Sequence record: MN850645.1
Length of the DNA stretch: 64,000 nucleotides
Direction: 5' to 3' (one strand)
From: Escherichia phage outra
The notes under the pieces are model-generated. The model did not search any database. It was not told where the DNA came from and saw nothing but the letters and a program-made list of their open reading frames with translations. The position numbers and the translations under genes were made by a program. Positions within the stretch are counted from its first letter, which is position 1. Each line of letters starts with the position of its first letter. Below, one piece after another: positions 46,619-55,521 of this stretch.

Positions 46619-46646
46619 ACTATAAACTGTTTTTAAAGAAAGTCAA
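46619..46646 (-). promoter_or_regulatory. sigma70-like promoter upstream of terC (TTGACT-16 nt-TATAGT)
   Basis: -35 at 46646-46641 and -10 at 46624-46619 on the minus strand. Confidence 0.45.
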
Positions 46647-46895
46647 CTAGTTCAGTTCTGTAATTTTAAGTTTATCTTCTTTGTTAATGACAGGGAAAGC
46701 TACAGCATCACCTACGTCATCAATAAAGCAAATAGCAAGACCACCTTCCACTTTGCTGATTTGACCATTAAAGGCGTGATACGGGGCAGGAACTTGATCT
46801 CCATCTTCAAGGAGAATAGCCTCGTAAACCTTGCCGATAGTACAATCACGAGTGTTTCTAAATTTTTCAAGCACTTCAACATTTACTTTACGCAT
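46647..46895 (-). CDS. hypothetical protein
   Basis: 82 aa; GAGAGGA 8 nt upstream. Confidence 0.4.
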   Translation of the reverse strand: MRKVNVEVLEKFRNTRDCTIGKVYEAILLEDGDQVPAPYHAFNGQISKVEGGLAICFIDDVGDAVAFPVINKEDKLKITELN

Positions 46896-46909
46896 ATAAA
46901 AATCCTCTC

Positions 46910-47116
46910 TTATTTGTTAGATTGAAAGATACCACGAAGTACCGCAAGAATGAACGTCACACAGACTACACTCCAAAACGTTACAGGAACATGATGCCAG
47001 TCTAAGCCGATAATGTCAATCATATAGTTGTATGCTAAAAGCAGTAGCCAACTAGGGATTAACACAATCAAAAACACAACAATAAAACAACCTAATACTG
47101 CTAAAACACCTGCCAT
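46910..47116 (-). CDS. small membrane protein (two TM helices)
   Basis: 68 aa; AAGGAGA 5 nt upstream; two hydrophobic helices. Confidence 0.45.
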   Translation of the reverse strand: MAGVLAVLGCFIVVFLIVLIPSWLLLLAYNYMIDIIGLDWHHVPVTFWSVVCVTFILAVLRGIFQSNK

Positions 47117-47125
47117 ACTTTCTCC

Positions 47126-47842
47126 TTATTTCAGTTTGTAAACAATTACATTTAAACCTTTGTTTACTAGAGTTTCTTCGATCATAAGTTTTACAATACT
47201 CCAAGAACCTCCAGCCAAACCACAACCAAGCATTGGTAAACCTACAATTTTACCGCCTGAAGATACAACATCGTCTCCCATACTATCTAACGCATTGTAG
47301 ATAGCTTCATAATTCAGGTCACGCTTACCTTCCTCACGACGACTATAACCATATTGTCCATATAAATTATAAATTGTCAAATTGTTTTCTATATATTTGG
47401 TAAACGTACCTAATTTTTTATAATCACCATGTTTAGTGGCACAATCTGCTTTAAACGCACCAGGCCACTTGCTTTTAATTTTTGGTGCAATACCACTACC
47501 CATAGTGCAAAAACAGTTACAGCAGTGTGCTATAGCGTCTATATCGCCTCTCTCGGCTGCTGCTAAAAGATCACCGTATACCTCAATGATACCTGCCGGA
47601 TAACTTGTTACAATTTCATCTTCCCAATACATTTTCTCTACACCACCGATCAGTGCAAAGTTTTGTGTAATGCGATCATCAATATAGTTAAGACCTGAAA
47701 CATACACAGCATATTCATCCTGTGCTGTAATACCTTGTACACGAATTCTTAAGACACCATCTTTATCTGTTGCTACACGCCCAAAATCTTTTTCTGTAAT
47801 ATTGGTGATAGGATCTCCGAAAGTCATTACTTTATTAGACAT
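47126..47842 (-). CDS. macrodomain protein, TARG1/DarG-type ADP-ribosyl hydrolase candidate, with extra N-terminal domain
   Basis: C-terminal ~150 aa match TARG1-type macrodomains (GDLL...AIAHCCNCFCTMGSGIAPKIKSKWP ... LGCGLAGGSWSIVKLMIEE ... VIVYKL). Start revised to the ATG at 47842 (AAAGGGG 6 nt upstream, overlapping the upstream stop). Confidence 0.7.
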   Translation of the reverse strand: MSNKVMTFGDPITNITEKDFGRVATDKDGVLRIRVQGITAQDEYAVYVSGLNYIDDRITQNFALIGGVEKMYWEDEIVTSYPAGIIEVYGDLLAAAERGDIDAIAHCCNCFCTMGSGIAPKIKSKWPGAFKADCATKHGDYKKLGTFTKYIENNLTIYNLYGQYGYSRREEGKRDLNYEAIYNALDSMGDDVVSSGGKIVGLPMLGCGLAGGSWSIVKLMIEETLVNKGLNVIVYKLK

Positions 47843-48692
47843 AATAATCCCCTTTAACATTAGATTTGTTGATAATGTTGCTTTCAAAAAATTGACGTAG
47901 GAAATCAAAGTTCTCTTTATATTTTTCAATGTTATTGTAGCCTTCTGCAAGGCAACCAAAGAACAGTTGTTCTACATAATACAAAGGAAGCTGTGAAAGT
48001 GCAATTTTAAAATCAACTTCGCTTTGACTCATTAGATACTTAATAGGACGAACCAAACATTTAGCATCAGTTTCTTGTTTAATCATTTTAATAAAAGCTG
48101 CCAGGTTATTGATATAGTTGAAGTTAAGTGCAGCTTCGGTATTGGCTTCTGTACCTTCATACTTTGCAAAGTACAGGAAAAACGTATCGTTTTCAACACC
48201 TTCTTTGTCTAAAATTTCAATAAGTTTTTCTTCGTGCGTTCCTGTAATATTAACATCATCAATGAAAATCAGAGTTTTATTACCCCAGAAATCACGATTG
48301 ATAGAGAAAGTGTCACCATCGATCAAAGCCTTACGATCTTCTTTGCTAAGAAATCCATAATCATTGATATAGCTCACTTTACGATGAACGATATCCCACT
48401 CCACTGCTTTACCTCCTTTGATAGAGATTAGGTAGTTGAGGTGATCTACAAAATGTTCAGATAACACTGTAGCTGCATTTTTCACATAGTTATATGGAGA
48501 TGGAATAACAACAAAACTTTCATTTACCAGTCGTTCTTCATACTTGGAAAAGAAACTTTCAGCCAGAATGCGCCCCATTCTTTTTGCTGCCTGGTTACTA
48601 CCAAACTTTAGCTTGGAATAATCTGCAATGTTAAATTTTGCTTCCTTCAGGTTAGTAAAAGTATTAGCAAAATGTTGAATTTGATTACGCAT
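47835..48692 (-). CDS. phosphoribosyltransferase (PRTase type I fold) protein with C-terminal extension
   Basis: 285 aa; PRPP-binding-loop-like motif LIFIDDVNITGTHE; AAGAGGAA RBS; start overlaps the HAD gene by 8 nt. Confidence 0.55.
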   Translation of the reverse strand: MRNQIQHFANTFTNLKEAKFNIADYSKLKFGSNQAAKRMGRILAESFFSKYEERLVNESFVVIPSPYNYVKNAATVLSEHFVDHLNYLISIKGGKAVEWDIVHRKVSYINDYGFLSKEDRKALIDGDTFSINRDFWGNKTLIFIDDVNITGTHEEKLIEILDKEGVENDTFFLYFAKYEGTEANTEAALNFNYINNLAAFIKMIKQETDAKCLVRPIKYLMSQSEVDFKIALSQLPLYYVEQLFFGCLAEGYNNIEKYKENFDFLRQFFESNIINKSNVKGDYYV

Positions 48693-49341
48693 TAATAAGT
48701 TCCTCTTTTTTAAGTTTAGCCAACAAGTCTTCTGGATTAATAATATGACAGAACTTCATCCCTATGTCAACAGCTTTTCCATCATAGATCAAACTATCTC
48801 CAACGTGTAAGATCTCCTCTGGTGCGAGATCAAACGTTACCATTTCATCAAAAGAGAGTTTAAAAAACCTAGGATCTGGTTTACACAAGCAAAACTCGTC
48901 AGAAAAATGCATAAAGTCGAATGGTAATTTTGTCAAGCCAGAATATACAGCTAAAAAACTACCAGGTACAAAATTAGTATTGCTTTTAATACTCAAAGAA
49001 TAGGTTGAACTTAGCTCTTCCAACTTCTTGCAAAGTTCAGGGTTTAATGTTGGAGGATGTTTTATAAACATTGCTAAACAGTCTCTTTTTAACCCATCTA
49101 CTTTATCAAGATCAATGTTCAAACGAGCAGAAAGTGTTTCCCAAGCATTTCTAGATGTTCCACAAATGCCTTTTTCTGCTTTTAAATCCAGGAGAGTTTT
49201 TACCTCTTTATATACGGTAGCTGCTTCTACCTCAGAACAAGAGGCATACTCGGCAATAACCTTGTTGCGTTCTTCTGCATACAAAGGATTAGCAGTAATA
49301 AGAGTATTCCATACATCAAAAGAAATATGCTTAACAGTCAT
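48685..49341 (-). CDS. HAD-superfamily hydrolase (phosphatase / nucleotidase-like)
   Basis: Start revised to the ATG at 49341 (GGAGGA 6 nt upstream); motif I FDVWNTL (Asp+2 replaced by Trp) and motif IV HVGDSLIYDGKAVDIGM. Confidence 0.5.
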   Translation of the reverse strand: MTVKHISFDVWNTLITANPLYAEERNKVIAEYASCSEVEAATVYKEVKTLLDLKAEKGICGTSRNAWETLSARLNIDLDKVDGLKRDCLAMFIKHPPTLNPELCKKLEELSSTYSLSIKSNTNFVPGSFLAVYSGLTKLPFDFMHFSDEFCLCKPDPRFFKLSFDEMVTFDLAPEEILHVGDSLIYDGKAVDIGMKFCHIINPEDLLAKLKKEELINA

Positions 49342-49510
49342 TTTTAATCCTCCGTCCAAAAGAATATCATCTGCTTAATTTTATTGATCTCTTGATGTAG
49401 TAACTTTCCAGCATGTGATTGATCTTTAATATTGACAGCAAGAATTTCAAGTTCCGTTAGTTTTTCTTGGATAGCTTTATATTCATCATCTGTAAGCATT
49501 TTCTTCCCCT

Positions 49511-49702
49511 TTAGAATGGTAATCTTTGTATGTCACTTATCCCCACACCAAGAAGTCTAGCAATATCCTTATCTAAAAGCAACTCTTTTTGTTCTAAAAT
49601 GTTAATCAGATCTCCTAATACTTCTTTAATGTCACGATCATTTTTAGCAACGTGACCACCTGCGGTATCAACTTTATCTTTAAAAACAAAATAATGATCC
49701 AT
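49511..49702 (-). CDS. hypothetical small protein
   Basis: GGAGGG RBS 4-5 nt before the ATG at 49702; preceded by a terminator hairpin. Confidence 0.35.
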   Translation of the reverse strand: MDHYFVFKDKVDTAGGHVAKNDRDIKEVLGDLINILEQKELLLDKDIARLLGVGISDIQRLPF

Positions 49703-49711
49703 AATACCCTC

Positions 49712-49743
49712 CATACAAATAAAGGAGGCTTTCGCCTCCTTTT
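49712..49743 (-). terminator. rho-independent terminator after the AAA+ ATPase gene
   Basis: Hairpin AAAGGAGGC-GAAA-GCCTCCTTT followed on the minus strand by ATTTGTAT. Confidence 0.55.
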
Positions 49744-49748
49744 ATCAC

Positions 49749-50909
49749 TTAGTAAGAACGACCACCAAACACATACTCTGTGTAGTTTTTACGTTCTTTG
49801 TTTTTAATAACAACTTCAATGTTGTTACCTTTATCATCGGTGAACATAAAGTGATAACCGTCACCGCCCATTGTACGGATGTGTTTTTCATCATACGTCA
49901 GCAAGATACGGTCTACACCCCAGTAGTAGTCACCTTCTTCGTCTTTATCTTCTACGGTAACGACTCCTTCCATTTCAGGAAGATGCTCTTCTCCTAGCTT
50001 ATGGTCTACAGCTACAACATAACGATTACCGCTAAACAAACCCTGTGCTGTCATACCGTCAATATCGGTATCTGCCGAAACATCTCCTGTACGATCTACA
50101 CCGTTAACTTTCAGAAGTTTAACTTCTTTTGCAGCATAGCGGTGTTCAGTAATACTGATACCCATTAATGCAAGTGCATCAGAGAATTTGTCATTAGGGT
50201 AACGGTTAAGTTCTTCTACTAATGACTGAACAATATCAAAGTTCAAGTCCACGGACAGATTATAAAGCGTTTCAAAATCTGGTAAAAAGGCTTTGTTCTC
50301 CAGATTTTTAGCCAGATAATCATCCATAGTAGCTTTAGGTAGTTTCTTATAGCTAAAGCTGTAGAAAATACGGCTAGGGCGATTACGCAAAAATTCTGAT
50401 ACATAACCATCATTTTTAGTCAATACAAACAGCTTGTCATAGCCACCAACACCATCCAGCAGGGTAAGCAAACCATCCTGTGCATCTTTTTCAGCATACA
50501 GTTTATCAAATTCATCGATCATAATCATCACAGGTTGTGTGATTTTAGACATAAAATTGATAAAGCCTTCACCATTAAAAGCACTACCGATAGAAATAGT
50601 AGGAATACCCATTTCACGAAGAGCAGAAGACAGCATTTTAGCTTGCAAAGTTTTACCGCTACCCTTCGTACCCTCAAGGAGAACACCTGTGTTTTTACCT
50701 TTGCGGCTAAGGAACGTCTTGATAATACGTTCTGATTTATCATCAGTATCACCGTATGTTACTGAAGGGACTTCCATATCGTTTTTAGGATACAGGAAGA
50801 ACTCGCCACTTTGAGTAACACCTACACCAAAAGTTCCTGCTGGAATTTCTTCAATATCTGTACCAGACTTCTGACGCAGGAAGATTTGATTGCCGAATAC
50901 TGTAAACAT
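49749..50909 (-). CDS. AAA+ ATPase
   Basis: 386 aa; Walker A LLEGTKGSGKT and Walker B VMIMIDEFDK; GAGGAG RBS. Confidence 0.6.
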   Translation of the reverse strand: MFTVFGNQIFLRQKSGTDIEEIPAGTFGVGVTQSGEFFLYPKNDMEVPSVTYGDTDDKSERIIKTFLSRKGKNTGVLLEGTKGSGKTLQAKMLSSALREMGIPTISIGSAFNGEGFINFMSKITQPVMIMIDEFDKLYAEKDAQDGLLTLLDGVGGYDKLFVLTKNDGYVSEFLRNRPSRIFYSFSYKKLPKATMDDYLAKNLENKAFLPDFETLYNLSVDLNFDIVQSLVEELNRYPNDKFSDALALMGISITEHRYAAKEVKLLKVNGVDRTGDVSADTDIDGMTAQGLFSGNRYVVAVDHKLGEEHLPEMEGVVTVEDKDEEGDYYWGVDRILLTYDEKHIRTMGGDGYHFMFTDDKGNNIEVVIKNKERKNYTEYVFGGRSY

Positions 50910-50929
50910 AGTTTTCTCCTCTATTTAAT

Positions 50930-51400
50930 TTAGTCAGATTCCCAAATGTTGTCTTTCTTAACCCACATTCGTTGATTATCTGAACCTCTATAACGTTTCG
51001 TTGTTGGTTGAGTCATATCATACTTACCATCTATTACTATGTCAACCAGTTTTTTAATTTTCTCTGGAATTTCTTCAAAAAGATATCCTGTATATAAGAC
51101 AATATCTTTTTTGTTTCTAAAACAATCTCTTACCTTCTCAAGAACATACTCTACAGTGTCAATGTTCTCTTTGTCAAGAGGTTCACCACCTAAAACTGTT
51201 AATCCTTTAATGAAAGGTCGAGATAAATCTTTCAAGATAAGATCTAATGTTTCAGTAGTGAACTCTTGTCCGTAGTTATACGACCAGGCTTTCTGGTTAA
51301 AGCAGCCACGGCAACCGTGGCTACAACCGCTCACCCACAAAGAGCATCTTACACCATCACCGTTGAGCATGTCAACAGGTTCATATCCGGCGTAATTCAA
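50930..51400 (-). CDS. nrdG: anaerobic ribonucleotide reductase activating protein (radical SAM)
   Basis: 156 aa; CSHGCRGC radical-SAM cluster motif; N-terminus MNYAGYEPVDMLNGDGVRCSL matches T4 NrdG; TTG start overlapping the nrdD stop. Confidence 0.8.
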   Translation of the reverse strand: MNYAGYEPVDMLNGDGVRCSLWVSGCSHGCRGCFNQKAWSYNYGQEFTTETLDLILKDLSRPFIKGLTVLGGEPLDKENIDTVEYVLEKVRDCFRNKKDIVLYTGYLFEEIPEKIKKLVDIVIDGKYDMTQPTTKRYRGSDNQRMWVKKDNIWESD

Positions 51401-53196
51401 AAATGTTTCTCCCTTTCTAATACCTCTTGCATTTTACCTTTATTATAAGGGCGAGAGTTAGGGGCAGACAGGTATCCTGACACTCTTCTGATTACAGATA
51501 TAGATTCTTCCTCATGATTGCCACAACTTGGACACTCGAAGCCTTTAGCTGTTGCCTTAAATTCACCATGAAAACCACATTTGAAACACTGATCTACAGG
51601 TTGGTTCACGCCAAAATAAGGAATTTTGTTGTAGGCATAATCTACAAGGGTTTCCAGTGCTTGCAAGTTATTTTTAAGGTTTGGTGTTTCTACATAGCCT
51701 ATGTTCCCACCATTACTGATTTGTGCAAAACCTTCCTCATAATCCCACTTTTGGAACGGGGTAGTGTGCATCCACACAGGTTGATGGAAAGAGTTTGTCA
51801 AGTAGTCACGATCAATAGAACCAGGATAGCGATCATTTAATGCTTTGGCAAATTTATAACACAAGGATTCTGCTGGTGTTCCATACAAACTAAAAGCTAA
51901 ACCAGAACGTTCTTTAAATGTGCCACAGATATCCTTCATATATTGAAGGATGTTTTTACCCATTGCTTTTGGATTGGTGTTACCTGGGTATAAAATCTCC
52001 ATAGCTTCTGCTAAACCTACATAACCGATACTAATAGAGGCATAACCACCTTCGAATAGCTTACCAATCTCTTCATTAGCTTCTAGTCGAGCTAAAGCCC
52101 CTTCCATAAACAATGTAGGGTTTTGAGATGCTTTGGTATGTCTAATACGGTTAACACGTAGCATATGTGCCTTATACGCCATCTCCATATGTTGTTCCAA
52201 CAGTTCAGTAAATAAGATGCCCTTTTCACGGGACTCTGCTGCAATGATAGGTAAGTTTAAAGAAACTACGCCTAAGTTGAAACGACCATCATATTTTTCA
52301 CCTTGCTCTGTTGCATAGTATGACAAGAAGCTACGGCAACCCATGCTTGTGACGCGACCATCTGAAGATCCTGTAACTTCTTTGTTTAAAGGTACAGAGA
52401 TAAAATCAGGATAAATGCGTTCAGCACAACACTCCATTGCCAGTTGCTTCAAATCATAATTTGGATCGCCAGCTTTCATGTTAACACCATCTTCCAAGAA
52501 GAAGATAACTTTAGGAAACACAGGAGTTACCCTATCTTTTCCCAATCCTTGTTTGTGCACCATTAGGTAGTTTTTAGTGATCATTCTACCAAAAGCAGAG
52601 GTATCCAAACCTAAACTAATTGTTATAAAAGGTGACTGACCATTTACACTCATTAGAGTGTTCACCTGGTAGATTAAAGTTTGCATTGCATCATAGACCT
52701 GTTTATCTACCATACGCATAGCAATATCATAATCGCCAACATCGGCATATATTTTATTAAAACTTGCTTTAACGTATTGACTAAGCCCAGTATCAACATG
52801 TGCACAAGTTTGTCCACCATATTGGCTAGAAGCTACTGCTTGAATAATTTGAGTTAGGACAGTAGTCGCTACACCGATAGATTTTGGTTTTTCAATATGT
52901 GCATTACCAATACGGAAACCGTTCTCAAGCATATCTTGGTAATTTACCAGGCAACAATTAGTTAAAGGTGAGAGTAAATAATCTAAATCGTGAATGTGAC
53001 CATACCCACTTTTATGCCATTCTGCCAGATCTTCCGGTAAAATATGGGTCATTGCCATGTGCTTGCTTAGGATACCTGCTAGTAAGTCTCGGTGAGTATT
53101 AACAATCATTGCAGGTTTGTTTGCATTTTCACGAGTAAATTCTTCGGATGTTTGTTCGAGGAATCCGATTACATCCTCATATAGTTTTTGGGTCAT
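51397..53196 (-). CDS. nrdD: anaerobic ribonucleoside-triphosphate reductase
   Basis: Near-collinear by eye with T4 NrdD (NCCLVNYQDMLENGFRIGNAHIEKPKSIGVAT; C-terminal zinc ribbon CFKCGF...CPSCGN; glycyl-radical motif RRVSGYL). Start revised to the ATG at 53196 (GGAGGA RBS), which matches the T4 N-terminus; the track start is 53226. Confidence 0.85.
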   Translation of the reverse strand: MTQKLYEDVIGFLEQTSEEFTRENANKPAMIVNTHRDLLAGILSKHMAMTHILPEDLAEWHKSGYGHIHDLDYLLSPLTNCCLVNYQDMLENGFRIGNAHIEKPKSIGVATTVLTQIIQAVASSQYGGQTCAHVDTGLSQYVKASFNKIYADVGDYDIAMRMVDKQVYDAMQTLIYQVNTLMSVNGQSPFITISLGLDTSAFGRMITKNYLMVHKQGLGKDRVTPVFPKVIFFLEDGVNMKAGDPNYDLKQLAMECCAERIYPDFISVPLNKEVTGSSDGRVTSMGCRSFLSYYATEQGEKYDGRFNLGVVSLNLPIIAAESREKGILFTELLEQHMEMAYKAHMLRVNRIRHTKASQNPTLFMEGALARLEANEEIGKLFEGGYASISIGYVGLAEAMEILYPGNTNPKAMGKNILQYMKDICGTFKERSGLAFSLYGTPAESLCYKFAKALNDRYPGSIDRDYLTNSFHQPVWMHTTPFQKWDYEEGFAQISNGGNIGYVETPNLKNNLQALETLVDYAYNKIPYFGVNQPVDQCFKCGFHGEFKATAKGFECPSCGNHEEESISVIRRVSGYLSAPNSRPYNKGKMQEVLEREKHF

Positions 53197-53206
53197 TAAT
53201 CCTCCG

Positions 53207-53238
53207 TGGAAAATAAAAGCCAGCATTAAGCTGGCTTT
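53207..53238 (-). terminator. hairpin (AAAGCCAGC-TTAAT-GCTGGCTTT) with U-tract immediately upstream of nrdD
   Basis: Perfect 9 bp stem followed on the minus strand by TATTTTCC, then the nrdD RBS; may terminate or attenuate read-through from the upstream gene. Confidence 0.45.
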
Positions 53239-53285
53239 AGGGTGGATCTTTATTTTAAATCTTTTTCGTAAGATTGTCCTTGATC

Positions 53286-54236
53286 TTAGTCAAGGTTTTT
53301 GGTAATACGTGTACAACCATCAGAAGTCAAACCGTCAACTTGAGTTTCCCAAGTGCCATGAATATTTCGGAACAATGTTGTTACACCTTTTGGTTCATTA
53401 ATAATGATTGCCATAACAAGTTTAGGATCGATAACAGACATAATCTTTTCCTCAATACCCTCTGTAATAACATTATTACGCACAATATTAATTACATCTT
53501 CTTGTACAGAAAGGGTACTTACGTTCTTAAGAGTATATACCTGCTGCGTAGTGTAAATGATACGAACATAACTTACAGAACGAGTAGGCACAGGTTTACG
53601 CGGTCGGCGAAAACGTGGTTTTGGTGAAGATTCAGTCTTACTTTCATTTTTTGAATAATACTCCTCAAACAGTTTAGTAAATGTTTTTACATCAACTACA
53701 AACCGATCTTTCCTATATGGAGAATTCTTATGTGCACCATTAATACCACTGTTTTCATCGAAGAAAGTAATGTTTTCTTCAGTTGAATATGTTAGATAAT
53801 GGTCTGCATCTTTCCAATGTGGTTGTGGACAATGCGGATTACAAACGGAAAGCAGATAACTAATATCTTCTTCCGTTGCACTAGTATCCAGGAAACACGT
53901 ATTGTGCACAGTCAGTTGTACTTTTGCAACCATATCCATTTCTTTATCCTCGTTGGCAAGATATTCAGTACGAATAATTTCCAGAAAACCTTCAGGTGTT
54001 ACTTCCATAAATGTGTATTCAGGGTGAAGTTCCATATATTCAAATCCACAACCATCTAATTGCTGTAGGAAGTTAGGATAGAAGAACAAGTCATTAACAC
54101 TATGAATCAGATCATTGATTTCTGCTTCAGATGTGTAACCAAAACTTTTGTGAATTGCTTCATTAAGAATATGCAGGATACCCATCTCTTCTGCTGCTTT
54201 TTTAACTTCCAGTTTATTAGCGTAAAATGCAATCAT
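53286..54236 (-). CDS. hypothetical protein
   Basis: 316 aa; GAAGGAGAA 5 nt upstream; no motif recognised. Confidence 0.45.
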   Translation of the reverse strand: MIAFYANKLEVKKAAEEMGILHILNEAIHKSFGYTSEAEINDLIHSVNDLFFYPNFLQQLDGCGFEYMELHPEYTFMEVTPEGFLEIIRTEYLANEDKEMDMVAKVQLTVHNTCFLDTSATEEDISYLLSVCNPHCPQPHWKDADHYLTYSTEENITFFDENSGINGAHKNSPYRKDRFVVDVKTFTKLFEEYYSKNESKTESSPKPRFRRPRKPVPTRSVSYVRIIYTTQQVYTLKNVSTLSVQEDVINIVRNNVITEGIEEKIMSVIDPKLVMAIIINEPKGVTTLFRNIHGTWETQVDGLTSDGCTRITKNLD

Positions 54237-54253
54237 TATGTTCTCCTTCTAAA

Positions 54254-54688
54254 TTAGTTTAAAATTTCTTTGGCAATGGTAGAAGCAAGTTTTCCATCAT
54301 ATTGATTAGGATACTCTGCTTTAAGGTGTTTCATCATATCTGGCATTTTCTTGCCTGTCAAGGCAAATTCTTCAGCAATCGCTCGAAGGTCATCTTCAGA
54401 TAGCATTTCTGGCAAATATTTTTCCAGAGTGGTGATATCACGCATAGCTCGCTCACATTTGCTAATGGAAGCATTAACTTTCTTAAGTGAGTCTAGCTCC
54501 TCTTTAGCGTGTGCAATACCAATCTTAACAATGTTAATCATAATATCATCTTCTGATTTATTTAGATTTGCCTTTTGAGTACGCGCAAGGTCAAACTCAC
54601 CAATAATATTAGTTAACAAAGCAAAAGCACCCTTATCGGTTGTACGTGCTAAGATACGATCTGCTTTCATTTGTGTCACAATAGACAT
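54254..54688 (-). CDS. GatB/YqeY-domain protein
   Basis: 144 aa; resembles stand-alone YqeY proteins (LEKYLPEMLSEDDLRAIAEEFALTG...MKHLKAEYPNQYDGKLASTIAKEIL); AAGAGGAGA RBS. Confidence 0.55.
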   Translation of the reverse strand: MSIVTQMKADRILARTTDKGAFALLTNIIGEFDLARTQKANLNKSEDDIMINIVKIGIAHAKEELDSLKKVNASISKCERAMRDITTLEKYLPEMLSEDDLRAIAEEFALTGKKMPDMMKHLKAEYPNQYDGKLASTIAKEILN

Positions 54689-54700
54689 TCTATTCTCCTC

Positions 54701-55273
54701 TTATTTGCTAATGCTTTGAGTCTTGTTTACAACACGGTTTATTGCCAGTGAAGCCCTAGGCTCTGCAATACCTGTTGCATAGATATAAGGATGACCTTTT
54801 GGAGACTCCCTCATACCGAATGAACCTAATTCTAAACCATATTCATCCTCTACGTCAACCCCAATATTAGTGGGTACTAAATATGTTTTAACTCCATAAT
54901 AAGTAGAGAAGAAACAGCGCATAGAGTTAGCATACTCTTCAATTGTAGCATCAGGGTAGAACTCAATCAACTCCAATTTCAAGAAAATATTAAAATGGGT
55001 ATCATCTAAATTTTCTTCTGTGCGGTAACATGGTGTTAGTGCCATATACGGATTACCTACTGCAAATTCAAAACCATCCTTCTCCATTTGCAGGAAAGAT
55101 TGTTCTGCACTAGCTACATAGTATTTACCGTTAGGATGCCCTAATGGGCGATCCTCTTTATTTTCTGGTAGTGTATACGCCAGTATATCAGCATCCACGA
55201 GATATGGAACTTCCAACATTTGTGCAAATCGACCATAGTAATCAATAGCTTGAGCTATTACTGCAACATTCAT
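54701..55273 (-). CDS. hypothetical protein with class II aminoacyl-tRNA-synthetase-like core motifs (tentative)
   Basis: 190 aa; motif-2-like CYRTEE and motif-3-like GIAEPRASLAI; GGAGG RBS; coupled (ATGA) to the next gene. Confidence 0.3.
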   Translation of the reverse strand: MNVAVIAQAIDYYGRFAQMLEVPYLVDADILAYTLPENKEDRPLGHPNGKYYVASAEQSFLQMEKDGFEFAVGNPYMALTPCYRTEENLDDTHFNIFLKLELIEFYPDATIEEYANSMRCFFSTYYGVKTYLVPTNIGVDVEDEYGLELGSFGMRESPKGHPYIYATGIAEPRASLAINRVVNKTQSISK

Positions 55274-55521
55274 GATCGACCTCCATTGCGGAATGCACGT
55301 TTAGTAATGTTTGACATAGTGATCAAATCTTGAAGCGTCATACCAGGAAAATGCTGTTCAAGAACACCTTCAACAGCGCCTACAATATCTGATAACTCAA
55401 TAAGTTGCATCAGCTTGCAATCTTGATCAATAGCATCTTGAAGTTCATAAAGCTCTTCTTGAATCTTAGCAACAGAACCATATTCCTCTTTGCTAATCTC
55501 CTTCAAATGATACCCTGCCAC
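55270..55521 (-). CDS. small all-alpha protein, MazG/HisE-like NTP pyrophosphohydrolase candidate (tentative)
   Basis: 83 aa; acidic helical pattern KIQEELYELQDAI...IELSDIVGAVEGVL; GTG start after AAGGGGGGG. Confidence 0.3.
   Translation of the reverse strand: MAGYHLKEISKEEYGSVAKIQEELYELQDAIDQDCKLMQLIELSDIVGAVEGVLEQHFPGMTLQDLITMSNITKRAFRNGGRS

Noticed and set aside
46570-46646. Mn-sensing riboswitch (yybP-ykoY type) upstream of terC
   Set aside because: The leader between the predicted promoter and the start codon is only about 50 nt, too short for that riboswitch; only a simple hairpin is present.
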